Assembly: GCA_963697755.1 (NCBI GenBank)
Contig: CAVOPE010000007.1
Span: forward strand, 38,973 to 102,972
Direction: 5' to 3'
DNA length: 64,000 nt
Source: an uncultured Gemmatimonadales bacterium
GTDB taxonomy: Bacteria > Gemmatimonadota > Gemmatimonadetes > Gemmatimonadales > GWC2-71-9
The position numbers were made by a program, and so were the translations under genes. Positions within the stretch are counted from its first letter, which is position 1; each line of letters opens with the position of its first letter. Of the stretch, positions 1 to 9,873 are shown in pieces. The notes below the pieces were generated by a model that did no database searches, was not told the DNA's origin, and worked only from the letters and a program-made list of their open reading frames with translations.

Positions 1-2
1 AC

Positions 3-512
3 GACCTCGAGCAACTGTATCAGACCACGTATACTGCCGTCGTCCGCTTCCTGTACCGCAAGGTCTGGGACGCCGAGCGGGCGGAGGACCTGGCGCAGGA
101 GGTATTCGTCCGCGCCCTGTCGCACCGGCCCGAGAAGCCTCGAGCCTGGGTTTTCGCGGTGGCGGCGAATCTGGCGCGGGACGAGGCCCGGGCGGCCATG
201 AGGCGCAAACGCCATCTGACCCTGCTGAAGGGTGATCCGATCGCCCAACCGACCATGACGCCGGCGGCGGATGACACGGTCGAGCGCGACGAGCAGATGG
301 CCTCGGTGCAGGAGGCCTTGAACACCCTGACCCCACGGGATCGGGAGATTCTCCTGCTCTGGGACGCGGGGCTGAGCTATCCGGAGATCGCCGCCCAGAC
401 GGGACTGGCGGTCGGGGCAGTAGGCACGACCCTCGCGCGGGCGCGCCGACGCCTGGTCGACGCGCACGACCGGCAGCAGATGCGAACGGGGACCGATGCG
501 GCACATTCCTGA
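3..512 (+). CDS. ECF RNA polymerase sigma-70 factor (5' end truncated by the window)
   Basis: Frame 3 is open from the window start: DLEQLYQTTY..WDAERAEDLAQEVFVRAL (region 2) ... GLSYPEIAAQTGLAVGAVGTTLARARRRL (region 4). It overlaps the downstream anti-sigma gene. Confidence 0.9.
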   Translation, partial: DLEQLYQTTYTAVVRFLYRKVWDAERAEDLAQEVFVRALSHRPEKPRAWVFAVAANLARDEARAAMRRKRHLTLLKGDPIAQPTMTPAADDTVERDEQMASVQEALNTLTPRDREILLLWDAGLSYPEIAAQTGLAVGAVGTTLARARRRLVDAHDRQQMRTGTDAAHS

Positions 513-1545
513 GGACGAGCTTCACGCCTATCTGGACCAGGGGCTGAGCCGGACGCAGTGCGTCGAGATCGAGAGCCATCTCGCCGACTGCCCGTCCTGC
601 CAGGCCGCCCGCGACGGCATTGCCGCGCTGCGGGATCGAACGACGGCGTTGCTGTCGCGCCTCGCGCCTCCGCGCGGGTTCCCGCTCGCCTTCGAGGTGC
701 TCAGGGATCGGGCCGCCGCGGCGGCGAACCAGCGGCGTCGCCGCCTGCAGGTGGCCGCATGGGCCGCGAGCCTGGTGGCCGCGGTCGGGTTGGGGTGGGG
801 CGCGAGCTCGCTGCTTCGGTCGGGCGAGCCGACAAAGGCGCCGACCTCCTCGGTCGCGACCGCCCCGACACCGTCCGCGCCGGTCGCTTCGGCTCCGACC
901 GTCACGCCGAGCGCCCCGGCCGCGCGCGAGGCCACACCGGCCCGTGCGGTGGCCGCGGTGCCGAGCCCGGCGCGAGATAGCGGCACCCCGCCCCGCGTCG
1001 TCCGCTCCCCGATCCGAGTGGCGGAAGCTGCGGAGTCGAGTGCCGCTGCGCGAAAGCGGGAGTCGGCACTGTCGGTGCTCGACCCCACCCCCGCGTTGGA
1101 GCTCACGCGGCTCGAGCGGCCCGCCGGCCGCTCGGATATCGAGCTGGGCGGGATGTGGCGGACCATGAGCTGGGACGGCGCCAAGGCCGAGGCCGGCGCC
1201 CGGCTGCCGCACATCGATGGGCTGCCGGTCGTGCAGGTGCAGGTCCAGAACGGGGAGCAGGGCGCGCGACAGGTCATGGTCGTGGCCCAGCAGCTCTCCT
1301 CCGGCCAGGTGATCCGCACCATTGAGGGACCGGCCACGGACGTCTCGCAGCTCCTGTCGCGCCGTGCCATGGCCGGCGTCGATTCCCTGGTCCTCCAGGG
1401 CGACACCAGCGGACTCGGCCGCGACCTCGATCACGCCATGGCCATGCAGGTCGGCGACCGGATGCTCGCCATCACCGGCGATCTGCCCTCCGACAGCCTG
1501 CGGGCGATGATCCGCCGGCTGAACGCGGAGATGCGGACGAAGTAG
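496..1545 (+). CDS. Zinc-finger (zf-HC2/ZAS) membrane anti-sigma factor
   Basis: N-terminal HxxxCxxC (HLADCPSC), one TM segment (WAASLVAAVGLGW), a Pro/Ala linker, and position directly after the ECF sigma gene. Confidence 0.85.
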   Translation: MRHIPEDELHAYLDQGLSRTQCVEIESHLADCPSCQAARDGIAALRDRTTALLSRLAPPRGFPLAFEVLRDRAAAAANQRRRRLQVAAWAASLVAAVGLGWGASSLLRSGEPTKAPTSSVATAPTPSAPVASAPTVTPSAPAAREATPARAVAAVPSPARDSGTPPRVVRSPIRVAEAAESSAAARKRESALSVLDPTPALELTRLERPAGRSDIELGGMWRTMSWDGAKAEAGARLPHIDGLPVVQVQVQNGEQGARQVMVVAQQLSSGQVIRTIEGPATDVSQLLSRRAMAGVDSLVLQGDTSGLGRDLDHAMAMQVGDRMLAITGDLPSDSLRAMIRRLNAEMRTK

Positions 1546-1563
1546 TCGCGCTCGGATGCCACT

Positions 1564-1607
1564 GAAAGCCGACGCCCCCCGAATCCGTTCGGGGGGCGTC
1601 GGCTTTC
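1564..1607. terminator. Bidirectional terminator hairpin between convergent genes
   Basis: Perfect 20-bp stem GAAAGCCGACGCCCCCCGAA-TCCG-TTCGGGGGGCGTCGGCTTTC. Confidence 0.85.
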
Positions 1608-1624
1608 GTGCCTCTCCGGGCTGC

Positions 1625-2996
1625 CTACGGTCGGGGTTTCCCGCGGCGCTCGATCGAATCCGGCGAGACGTAGTCCTTGGGCGATTCCTCATGCTCGAAC
1701 TCGGCCGACACCAGCGCGCTGACGTGGCCGCGCTCGCGCTCGAGCGTGATCTCGGCCAGCCGCGGCGAGATCATCGGGAAGTTACGCGCGAACAGCCAGT
1801 AGCTCAGCAGGTAGAGGCCGGCGAAGAGGAGCGTCGGCCCCAGCTCGGGCAGCTTGAAGACCGGTCCGGGCAGCGCGCTGACCGACGGCATGACCAGCAG
1901 ATACCGCTCGAGCCACAGCGCCACCAGGCTCACCACCGCGAAGAACCCCAGGGTCGCTCTGGTCTTTTTCGGCGCCACGCCGAGCAGCCCGAAGAACGGC
2001 ACCAGGAACATCCCGATGAACACCACCTTGGCGACCGGCAGCCAATGTCCCCACAGCCGGGCGAAGACGAATCCCGTCTCCTCGGGCAAGTTGCCGTACC
2101 AGATGACCAGGAACTGGGCCCACATGAGGTAGGTCCAGAACACCGTGAAGCCGAAGCACAGCTTGCCGAGATCGTGACGCTGCTTGGGCGACACCAGGTC
2201 CGTGACGCCGAGGTGCGACGCGCCATAGATCGTCATCAGCGCGAGCAGCATGTGCGCGCCCAGGAACGAGCCCATGAAGAAGAAGCCGCCGAGCAGGTTC
2301 GAGAACCAGTGCGGCTGCAGCGCCATGATGCCGTCGAAGGCGATCAGCGTGAGCACGATCGCGTAGAGCACCGCGTAGGTCGGGGCCAGCCGGCCGATGC
2401 GCTCCTGCTGCGCGAACTCGGCCTCCGTGCTGCCGTCGTACCCCCGGGTCCAGCGATCGAACAGCCCACGCCGGGAGGCGGGCACCACCGCGCGCACCGC
2501 GAGCATGTCCGGCACCAGGTCGGCGCGGATGAGTCGCCAGCCCACCAGCGTGAGCACGCCCAGGCCGATGAAGAGCCGCCCGAACATGAACGGGTACGAC
2601 AGCCAGACCGCCTTGCCGTGCTGCAGCTCGTGGGCGGCCGCCTGCATCGGCCCGTAGATCGCGGGATAGCCCGCGGCGAAGATCAGCCAGCAGGCCGAGC
2701 AGGGAGACCGGGAGGAACGCGGCCGAGGCGGACGCGAACCGGATGATCATGCCGGACCATTTCGCGTTGGTGATCTTCTGCACCGCGACGAAGGCCACGC
2801 TGCCGGCGGCCAGGCCCGTGAAGTACAGCCAGTTCACGTGGAAGAGCTGCCACGCCCGATCGGCGGTGTCCCCGAGCAAGGCGCCCACGAAGAGGATGAG
2901 ACCCAGGATGGTGAGTCCCGCGCCCAGGCCCAGGAACAGTTCGTAGCGGCCGGCCAGGGAGCGCTGGACCAGCCGCTCGTGCAGAGTCGGACTCAT
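1625..2996 (-). CDS. actF: Alternative complex III subunit ActF (one frameshift near 2688)
   Basis: MSPTLHERLVQ.. start overlaps the actE stop (ATGA). Polytopic membrane protein with HDLGKLCFGFTVFWTYLMWAQFLVIWYGNLPEET. The N- and C-terminal parts are in different frames. Confidence 0.85.
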
Positions 2997-3703
2997 CGGG
3001 GCCTCTCTCCGGTCGACCCGGTGGCGCTCGGCGCGGGCGGGATGCCGGCCGCGGCGCCCGCCGGCTCGGGAGCCAGCGGCACCTGGCCCTGGAGCTTGCG
3101 GATGTGGTTCACGATCGCCCACCGGTCGGCGGGCAGGTACACCTTGTCGCCATAGCGCGGCATGACGCCCCGGCCGTAGCGGATGATGCTGTAGATGTAG
3201 CCGTCACTGTAGCCGCGCGCCCGTCCCGTGAGCAGCGACGGCGCGCCGATCCGGGACGAGACCGGCCCCTTCGCGTCGCCGGCATTCCCGTGGCACACGG
3301 CGCAGTAGTTCTGGTACAGCGTATCGCCCGCCGCGTCCACCTCGCGGGGAATGACGGCCACCTCGGGGCCGGAGGGCCACGCCTTGGCTTCGGCGCCGGC
3401 GCCCTGGGCATAGGGATTCCGGAGGGCGTCGGCCGTGGTGGTCTTGCCGGTAGTCCACTCGGACGACCAGTCGGGCTCACCGCCGGTCACCGGCACGATG
3501 CCGGCCGGCGTATACCGCGGCACCGCGCTGGTCTGGTACGGGCGCACGTACTTGGCGTGGATCATGTGGTCGAACCACGGGATCACGTGCCAGAGGTCGT
3601 CAGGCGAGGGCACGCGGTTGTACCAGAAGTCGCAGCCCGTGGTCGAGAGCGTCAGGGCCAGCAGTAGCGCCCGCGCCACCGAGCGCGCCTCAGGCCGCCT
3701 CAT
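2993..3703 (-). CDS. actE: ACIII monoheme cytochrome c lipoprotein ActE
   Basis: Lipoprotein-like signal (..LTLSTTGC), one CAVCH motif, GRGVMPRY axial Met region, operon position. Confidence 0.85.
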   Translation of the reverse strand: MRRPEARSVARALLLALTLSTTGCDFWYNRVPSPDDLWHVIPWFDHMIHAKYVRPYQTSAVPRYTPAGIVPVTGGEPDWSSEWTTGKTTTADALRNPYAQGAGAEAKAWPSGPEVAVIPREVDAAGDTLYQNYCAVCHGNAGDAKGPVSSRIGAPSLLTGRARGYSDGYIYSIIRYGRGVMPRYGDKVYLPADRWAIVNHIRKLQGQVPLAPEPAGAAAGIPPAPSATGSTGERPR

Positions 3704-4217
3704 GGCGCACCTCCACCGCTCCGGCGGTCCGGAGCAGCTGCTCGATCGTCCGCATCTGGTCGCCCCCGGCGGGGACGAACACGCCGATGTGGTCGTCGCT
3801 GAAGCTCGGGTCATAGGCAATGCCGCGCTTGCCCATCAACACGGTGAACAGGGCCACGGCGGCGACCGTGCTGAGCGCGCCGAGCAGGATCGTGAGCTCG
3901 AAGGCGATGACGACGTACGGCGGGATCGAGGCGATGGTCTTGCCGCCCACCAAGGTCGGCCAGTCGAGCGACATCCAGATCGTCATCCCGAACCCGGCCG
4001 CGCAGCCCGTCAGGCCGCCGATCAGGGTGAAGAGGCGGACCGGGCTGACCGAGTGATCGAGCGCCTCCTCGATCTCGTGGAACGGCGCGGCCGAATAGAC
4101 CACCAGGTTCCGGTGCCCCCGCGCCCTCAGTGCGCGAATCGCCTCCGCCGCGGCGTCCACGTGAACGAAGGAGGCAAGGACACCGGGCGCCCGGCGGGCC
4201 GGCTTCACGAAGGCCAT
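3690..4217 (-). CDS. actD: ACIII subunit ActD (DUF3341)
   Basis: MAFVKPARR..; two TM helices, GGKTIASIPPYVVIAFELTIL and YDPSFSDD motifs; lies between actC and actE. Confidence 0.85.
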   Translation of the reverse strand: MAFVKPARRAPGVLASFVHVDAAAEAIRALRARGHRNLVVYSAAPFHEIEEALDHSVSPVRLFTLIGGLTGCAAGFGMTIWMSLDWPTLVGGKTIASIPPYVVIAFELTILLGALSTVAAVALFTVLMGKRGIAYDPSFSDDHIGVFVPAGGDQMRTIEQLLRTAGAVEVRHEAA

Positions 4218-5587
4218 CAGTGGTGCCCTCCCGCCCGCTTCCGCGGCATCGGGATCATCTCCTTGATCTCCTGGATCGCCACGACGGGAAAGCTCTTGGC
4301 GAACAGCAGGAACCACATCCCGAACCAGCCGAACGACCCCACGAGGATTCCCCAGTCCGCCCAGGTGATGTTCGGGTTCGACCAGGCCCAGGGGATGTAG
4401 TCGTTGCTGAGTGACGAGGCGATGATCACGAAGCGCTCGAACCACATCCCGAGATTGATGAAGATCGAGATGACGAACAGCGCCGTCAGGTTGGTGCGGA
4501 TCTTCCGGAACCAGAGGAGCTGCGACACGAAGGCGTTGCAGGTGATCATCGTCCAGCCCGCCCACCACATCGAGCCGAACGCGCGGCGGAAGAACGTGGT
4601 CTGCTCGAACGGGCTGCCGCTGTACCACGCCACGAAGTACTCCATCCCGTACGCGTAGAACAGGATCGTGCCAGTCAGCAGGGTCAGCTTGGCGAGATTG
4701 TCGAAGTGGTAGGCCGTGATCATGTGCTCGATCCGAAGCGTCCGGCGGAGCGGAATGATCAGGGTCATCACCATGCCGAGGCCCGAGTAGATGGCGCCGG
4801 CCACGAAGTACGGGGCGAAGATGGTGCCGTGCCACCCGGGGACGATCGACGCCGCGAAGTCCCAGCTCACCACCGAGTGCACCGAGAGCACCAGGGGCGT
4901 GGCGAGCGCGGCCAGGTAGAGGTAGGCGCGCGAGTAGTGGCGCCACTGGTTATCGGTCCCCTGCCAGCCGACCGAGGCCAGCGTGTAGACTGAGCGCCGC
5001 CAGCCGCTCACCTTGTCGCGGATGGCGGCGACGTCGGGAATCAGCCCGAACACCAGGAACGTCGAGCTGACCGTGAAGTAGGTCGAGATCGCGAATACGT
5101 CCCAGATCAGCGGCGACTTGAAGTTCGGCCACAGCCAGCGCTGGTTCGGGTACGGCAGCAGCCAGTAGAAGATCCACTGCCGCCCGATGTGGATGATCGG
5201 GAACAACGCCGCCGTCATGACGGCGAACACCGTCATGGCCTCGGTGGAGCGGTACACCGCCGTGCGCCATGGGCTCCGGAACAGAAACAGGATGGCGGAG
5301 ATCAGCGTCCCCGCGTGCCCGATGCCGATCCAGAACACGAAGGTCGTGATGTAGACGCTCCAGAAGATCGGCGGAGTGTAGCCGGCGTGCCCCAGGCCGT
5401 CCTTCACCAGGATGAGGAAGGTCAGCAGCCCCACCAGGAACAGCGCAACCGCGCCCAGCAGCAGCATGACGTAGCCGGTGGAGGGCTTCTCCAGGGTCGC
5501 GACGAGGTCACGGGTGACGTCCGCGTGAGTCTGGGTGAGCTCCAACTCGGGCTTCCGGGCGGCACTGGGACGTGCGACGACAGCCAT
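4217..5587 (-). CDS. actC: ACIII quinol-binding subunit ActC (NrfD/PsrC family)
   Basis: FVFWIGIGHAGTLISAIL, NFKSPLIWDVFAISTY and LVLSVHSVVSWDFA motifs. Confidence 0.92.
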   Translation of the reverse strand: MAVVARPSAARKPELELTQTHADVTRDLVATLEKPSTGYVMLLLGAVALFLVGLLTFLILVKDGLGHAGYTPPIFWSVYITTFVFWIGIGHAGTLISAILFLFRSPWRTAVYRSTEAMTVFAVMTAALFPIIHIGRQWIFYWLLPYPNQRWLWPNFKSPLIWDVFAISTYFTVSSTFLVFGLIPDVAAIRDKVSGWRRSVYTLASVGWQGTDNQWRHYSRAYLYLAALATPLVLSVHSVVSWDFAASIVPGWHGTIFAPYFVAGAIYSGLGMVMTLIIPLRRTLRIEHMITAYHFDNLAKLTLLTGTILFYAYGMEYFVAWYSGSPFEQTTFFRRAFGSMWWAGWTMITCNAFVSQLLWFRKIRTNLTALFVISIFINLGMWFERFVIIASSLSNDYIPWAWSNPNITWADWGILVGSFGWFGMWFLLFAKSFPVVAIQEIKEMIPMPRKRAGGHH

Positions 5588-5591
5588 TTGG

Positions 5592-8585
5592 TCAGGCCTC
5601 CACCGAATGCAGGACCTTGGCGAGGTAGGTGATCGCCGGCCGGACGTTGATCTCTTCCAGGACGTGATAGCCCCGGGGGTCCTGCTTGATCGCGGCGACG
5701 CGGCTCTCCGGGTTCTTGACGTCGCCGAAGACGATCGCGTCGGATGGACAGGCCTGGGCGCAGGCGGTGGTGAACTCGCCGTCCCGCACCGCACGACTCT
5801 CGAGCCGCGCCTGGTTCTGCGCGCCGCGGATGCGCTGGATGCAGAACGTGCACTTCTCCATCACTCCGCGCGCCCGCACGGTGACGTCGGGGTTGAGCTG
5901 GAGGTGGAGCGGCTCCGGCCAGGCGAGGTCGTTGTATTTGTACCAGTTGAAGTACCGCACCTTGTACGGGCAGTTGTTGGCGCAATAGCGCGTGCCGACG
6001 CACCGGTTGTACACCTGGCCGTTGAGACCGTCGGCCGTGTGATAAGCCGCGTAGACCGGGCACACCGGCTCGCACGGCGCGTTGGCGCAGTGCTGGCAGA
6101 GCATCGGGACGAAGCGAGCCTGGGCGCCTTCGCCGTCGGCTTCCCCGCCCTCCCAGTAGCGCTCGATCCGGATCCAGGTCATCTCTCGGCCCCGGAGGAC
6201 CTCCTGCTCGCCGACAGTCGGGATGTTGTTCTCGGCGTAGCAGGCGGTGACGCAGGCCTGGCACCCGGTGCAGCGGGCCAGGTCGATCGCCATGCCCCAC
6301 TGCGGGTGCTCGCGGGCGTAGTCTCCCTTGAGCGTCATCTGGTGCTGGGTCTCGCTCCAGCCCTTGAGCGCCTCCACCTCGAGCTCGGTGTTCACCTCGT
6401 GCTCGCCGTGCCCTTCCTCGAGGTACGCCTGCTTGACGGTGAGTCCCTTCTTGGCCGCCGCGAGCGGCATCGCCTCGGCGATGCCCCGACCGAGCTGTCG
6501 CGGCACGCCCTCAATCGTGGCGAGCCGGCGGAAGCCGCCGGTCTTCTCCAGCGTGACCCGAGTCGAGACATAGGGCAGGAAGTCGCCGGCGGGTGCGCCG
6601 AGCAGGTCCAGCGCGTTGGCCCCCCGGCCTTCAGCGAACGCCCCATAGGCGGTGTGCCCGAAGCCGAGCGGCATGCCGACCGCCTCGGCGTGCAGGCCGG
6701 GGTGGATATAGGCCGGGCCTTCGACTGCGCCGTGGGGCGAAATGAGACGAAGGATCTCGCCGTTCCGGATATCGAGGCGGCGCGCGGTCTCGGGGCCGAC
6801 CTCGACCCAGTGGTGCCAGGTGATCTTGGTCACCGGGTCCGCGTTTTCGAGCAGCCACGGCTTGTTCGTCCCCCGGCCGTCATGCAGCATGCCGTGCGGA
6901 TAGACGAGCAGCACGAACTCGCCCTTGCCCTCGAAGGCAGGCTTGGTGTAGCCCAGCTCCGACGCGCTCGGCGCGAGCGCCACCTCGGCGGCGGCGGACG
7001 CCTCGTCGAAGAGACCGCCCCGCTGCAGGGCCGAGCGCCAGAACTCGCCGGCGTCGCCCGCCTTGCGCTCGCCGGCGAGGCTCTCCCAGCGGCTTCGGAG
7101 ATGGGCCTCCCACGAGGGAGCCGTGAACTTGGCCAGCGCGCCGCCCGCCTTCTTGGCGACCTGCAGGAGGATGTCCCCCGCGGCGCGGGTGTCGAATACC
7201 GGCTCCATCACGGGCTGCATCAGGCTCCGCACCCCGGTGCGAGGCGCGAGATCGTCCCACCGCTCGAGCGCGTGGCTCTGCGGCAGCAGGAGGTCGCACT
7301 GGGCGGCGGTCTCGTCGAGGAAGAGCGAGGTCGAGATCTTGAACCCGACCTTCTTGAGCCTGTCCGCGAAGCCCGAGGCCTTGGGCAGCGCGTACACCGG
7401 GTTGGCGTCGTGCACCACGAGAAGCGCGACCTGCCCGCCGTCGATCGCCTTGGTCAGGTCGCCGAGCGCGCCGTAGCCATCGGCCGCGGCCAGGTCGGCG
7501 CCGAACTTGACGGTCTTGCCGACGTTGCCCGCGACGAAATTCAGCAGGTTGACCGCGGCACAGAGCTGAGTCGCGCCGGCGTGCTGCGAGCCGACGCCGC
7601 CGGCGACCGCCAGGCTGGGCGCCGCGGCCGCGAACTCGCGCGCGATCCGCTCGATCCGCTCGGCAGGCACGCCGGTCTCCTGCGCGGCCGCCGCGGGCGT
7701 CATCTTGGCGAGGCCGGCCGGGAGCGCCGCGCCGCGCGCCGTCGCCACGGCGTTGGCCACGGCGAGCGCCACGGCCGCCTCGGTGCCCGGGCGGACGGAC
7801 AGCCACTCGTCGGCGTTGAGGCCGGTCAGGTCCTGCCGCGGCGAGACGTAGACGAACTTCGCCACGTCGCCCTCACCGAACCCATGCGACGATGCGAAGC
7901 CGAGCTGGTGCTCCGTGGGGGAGAGCCAAGTGTCGAGGAAGTCGGCGCCGAACGACAGGATGTACTTCGCGCTCGCGAAATCGTGCGCCGGTAGCTGGTC
8001 GAGGCCGAACACCTGGCGATTCGCGGCGCGGATCGGCTCATGGTCGAACGGCTCCCAGCGCACCACCCGGCCCCCGGCCGCGCCAGCCCACTCGGCGAGC
8101 AGATCGGAGAACGTCCCGCGGCCCGCGCCGCTCAACACCGCGAGCTTTCCGCCCGCCTCGGTCACCTTGGCCGCGAATCGCGCGATCGCGTCGTCCCAGG
8201 TGATGGCGGTGAACTTGCCGTCCTGGCCCCGCGCCATCGGACCCTTGATCCGGCCCGGGTTGTACAGACCCTGGAGGGATGCCTGGCCGCGGGAGCACAG
8301 CTTGCCCTGGTTGGTCGGGTGCTCGGGATTCCCCTCGAGCTTGACCGCCCGACCCTCGCGCGTCCGCACGTGGAGGCCGCAGCCGGCCGCACACTCGGTG
8401 CAGGTGCTCGCGTAGAACGTCGAGACGCCCGGGATCTGGTCTTCGGACTGCACCAGGTACGGCACCAGTCGCTCGACGCTGCTCGTCGAGCAGCCCGAGA
8501 GCGCCAGCGCGCCGCCGCCCGAGGCGCCGAGCACCGTGAGGAACTTCCGGCGATCCATCCCCGATGGGGAGCTCACATCAGACAT
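5592..8585 (-). CDS. actB: ACIII subunit ActB (molybdopterin-oxidoreductase-like domain fused to Fe-S domain)
   Basis: Tat signal DRRKFL; CTECAAGC; C-terminal CTGCQACVTAC, CQHCANAPCEPVCP, CVGTRYCANNCPY and RGVMEKCTFC. Confidence 0.92.
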   Translation of the reverse strand: MSDVSSPSGMDRRKFLTVLGASGGGALALSGCSTSSVERLVPYLVQSEDQIPGVSTFYASTCTECAAGCGLHVRTREGRAVKLEGNPEHPTNQGKLCSRGQASLQGLYNPGRIKGPMARGQDGKFTAITWDDAIARFAAKVTEAGGKLAVLSGAGRGTFSDLLAEWAGAAGGRVVRWEPFDHEPIRAANRQVFGLDQLPAHDFASAKYILSFGADFLDTWLSPTEHQLGFASSHGFGEGDVAKFVYVSPRQDLTGLNADEWLSVRPGTEAAVALAVANAVATARGAALPAGLAKMTPAAAAQETGVPAERIERIAREFAAAAPSLAVAGGVGSQHAGATQLCAAVNLLNFVAGNVGKTVKFGADLAAADGYGALGDLTKAIDGGQVALLVVHDANPVYALPKASGFADRLKKVGFKISTSLFLDETAAQCDLLLPQSHALERWDDLAPRTGVRSLMQPVMEPVFDTRAAGDILLQVAKKAGGALAKFTAPSWEAHLRSRWESLAGERKAGDAGEFWRSALQRGGLFDEASAAAEVALAPSASELGYTKPAFEGKGEFVLLVYPHGMLHDGRGTNKPWLLENADPVTKITWHHWVEVGPETARRLDIRNGEILRLISPHGAVEGPAYIHPGLHAEAVGMPLGFGHTAYGAFAEGRGANALDLLGAPAGDFLPYVSTRVTLEKTGGFRRLATIEGVPRQLGRGIAEAMPLAAAKKGLTVKQAYLEEGHGEHEVNTELEVEALKGWSETQHQMTLKGDYAREHPQWGMAIDLARCTGCQACVTACYAENNIPTVGEQEVLRGREMTWIRIERYWEGGEADGEGAQARFVPMLCQHCANAPCEPVCPVYAAYHTADGLNGQVYNRCVGTRYCANNCPYKVRYFNWYKYNDLAWPEPLHLQLNPDVTVRARGVMEKCTFCIQRIRGAQNQARLESRAVRDGEFTTACAQACPSDAIVFGDVKNPESRVAAIKQDPRGYHVLEEINVRPAITYLAKVLHSVEA

Positions 8586-8603
8586 CGCGACTCCTGACCG
8601 GCG

Positions 8604-9191
8604 CTAGTAGTGGCACACGGAGCAGTCGCGCGAGACCTTCCGCTCGACGTGGCACGTGATACAAAAACCCATGTTGTTCACGTTGTTCACCTTGTAGACT
8701 TGCGGCATGCGGCTCACGTCGCCGTGGCAGGTAGTGCAGGCGTTGGGGCCCAGCGCCTTGATGTGCCGCTGGTGCGGGAAGTGGGCGTGGCGCGCGAGAT
8801 AGTGGACGCGCACCCACTCGACCGGCTTCTTGTCGGTCCAGGCCTGCCGCACCTTCTTGATCTCGGTCTTGGCACCGCTGTCGCTCCCGCTCACGACCAG
8901 GTGGCAGCCCATGCAGGTCTGCATCGACGGAATACCGGGCTCGGGCGACACCGCCACCGAGTAGTGGCAGTACTGGCACTGCATCTTGAACTGGCCGGCG
9001 TGGATGTCGTGGCGGAAGAAGATCGGCTGGCGAGGGCCCTTCAGCGATCCGGTATCGATGGTGGCGGGGGCCGTGATCGAGTCGGCGGGGCTCTTCGCCT
9101 GTTGGGCCTGCGTCGAAGTGCCTCCCACCACTAGGGCGGCCGCGAGCGCCGCGACGACGCCGCCGCCGACCACGAGAGCCAACGTACGCAT
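8604..9191 (-). CDS. actA: ACIII pentaheme cytochrome c ActA
   Basis: N-terminal TM and five CxxCH motifs (CQYCH, CMGCH, CTTCH, CITCH, CSVCH). Confidence 0.9.
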   Translation of the reverse strand: MRTLALVVGGGVVAALAAALVVGGTSTQAQQAKSPADSITAPATIDTGSLKGPRQPIFFRHDIHAGQFKMQCQYCHYSVAVSPEPGIPSMQTCMGCHLVVSGSDSGAKTEIKKVRQAWTDKKPVEWVRVHYLARHAHFPHQRHIKALGPNACTTCHGDVSRMPQVYKVNNVNNMGFCITCHVERKVSRDCSVCHY

Positions 9192-9226
9192 GATCGATCC
9201 CACGCTTAAAGAAGGGCCGAGCGCGC

Positions 9227-9244
9227 TCGTGAAATCATTCACTT
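9227..9244. promoter_or_regulatory. Rex-like operator upstream of actA
   Basis: TCGTGAA-ATCA-TTCACTT compared with the Rex consensus TTGTGAA-N4-TTCACAA. A candidate minus-strand promoter TTGTGT-N16-TATACT lies at 9315-9288. Confidence 0.5.
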
Positions 9245-9342
9245 GTGTGCGCGATCAGAAGAACGCGCCCGGCCGAGGGCGCGCCGAAGTATATTTCGCG
9301 CATCCGATTACACAACCCGACGAACGTGCCATTCCGACTTCG

Positions 9343-9873
9343 TTAGTCGGGATCTGATGCCTCACCGCCGGCGCGCCGCTTCGGCCGCACCTGCGGCACG
9401 CGGTGCGGCGTGGGCCGCTCCGCCAGCCATTCCGCCTTGCGGCCCGCCAGACGCAGAAAGCTCTCGACCGCCCGCTTGTCGTCCAGCGCCAGCCAGCACC
9501 ACTTGAGCGGCCCGGTGCGCTGACCCGCCTCGATGGCCCGGAGAATGTCGGCCGGCGCGCGGCCCGCCTTGCGCAGCCGGTCCTCTTCCGCGTCGCTCAT
9601 GGTGAACGTGGCCGAGAGTCCGTCGCCCACGACGTGCAGCCAGCAGAGCTTCCGGTTCCCCACCCCGTATTCCCACGCCCAGCGCCAGCTGGGGCCCATG
9701 TAGCGCACCGCCTCGGCGACGCCGGGGAGCGCCGTGAGTCCGTCGCGCAGTGCCTTGAACCGCGCCGCGGCCGCGGCGGGGAGATCCTTGCACGGCGCAG
9801 CGGCCGCCGGCTCGACGGTCTCGTCGGCGTAGCGGTTGGCGGACCAGTAGGCGCTCGATCGCCGTTGCATCAT
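9343..9873 (-). CDS. DUF3788-like protein
   Basis: ..YMGPSWRWAWEYGVGNRKLCWLHV.. and GPLKWCWL pattern resemble DUF3788. Confidence 0.55.
   Translation of the reverse strand: MMQRRSSAYWSANRYADETVEPAAAAPCKDLPAAAAARFKALRDGLTALPGVAEAVRYMGPSWRWAWEYGVGNRKLCWLHVVGDGLSATFTMSDAEEDRLRKAGRAPADILRAIEAGQRTGPLKWCWLALDDKRAVESFLRLAGRKAEWLAERPTPHRVPQVRPKRRAGGEASDPD

Noticed and set aside
2680-2695. Programmed frameshifting in actF (and in the 35.2-36.7 kb and 60.9-61.6 kb genes)
   Set aside because: No slippery sequence or stimulatory structure seen; consistent with the indel errors elsewhere in the window.
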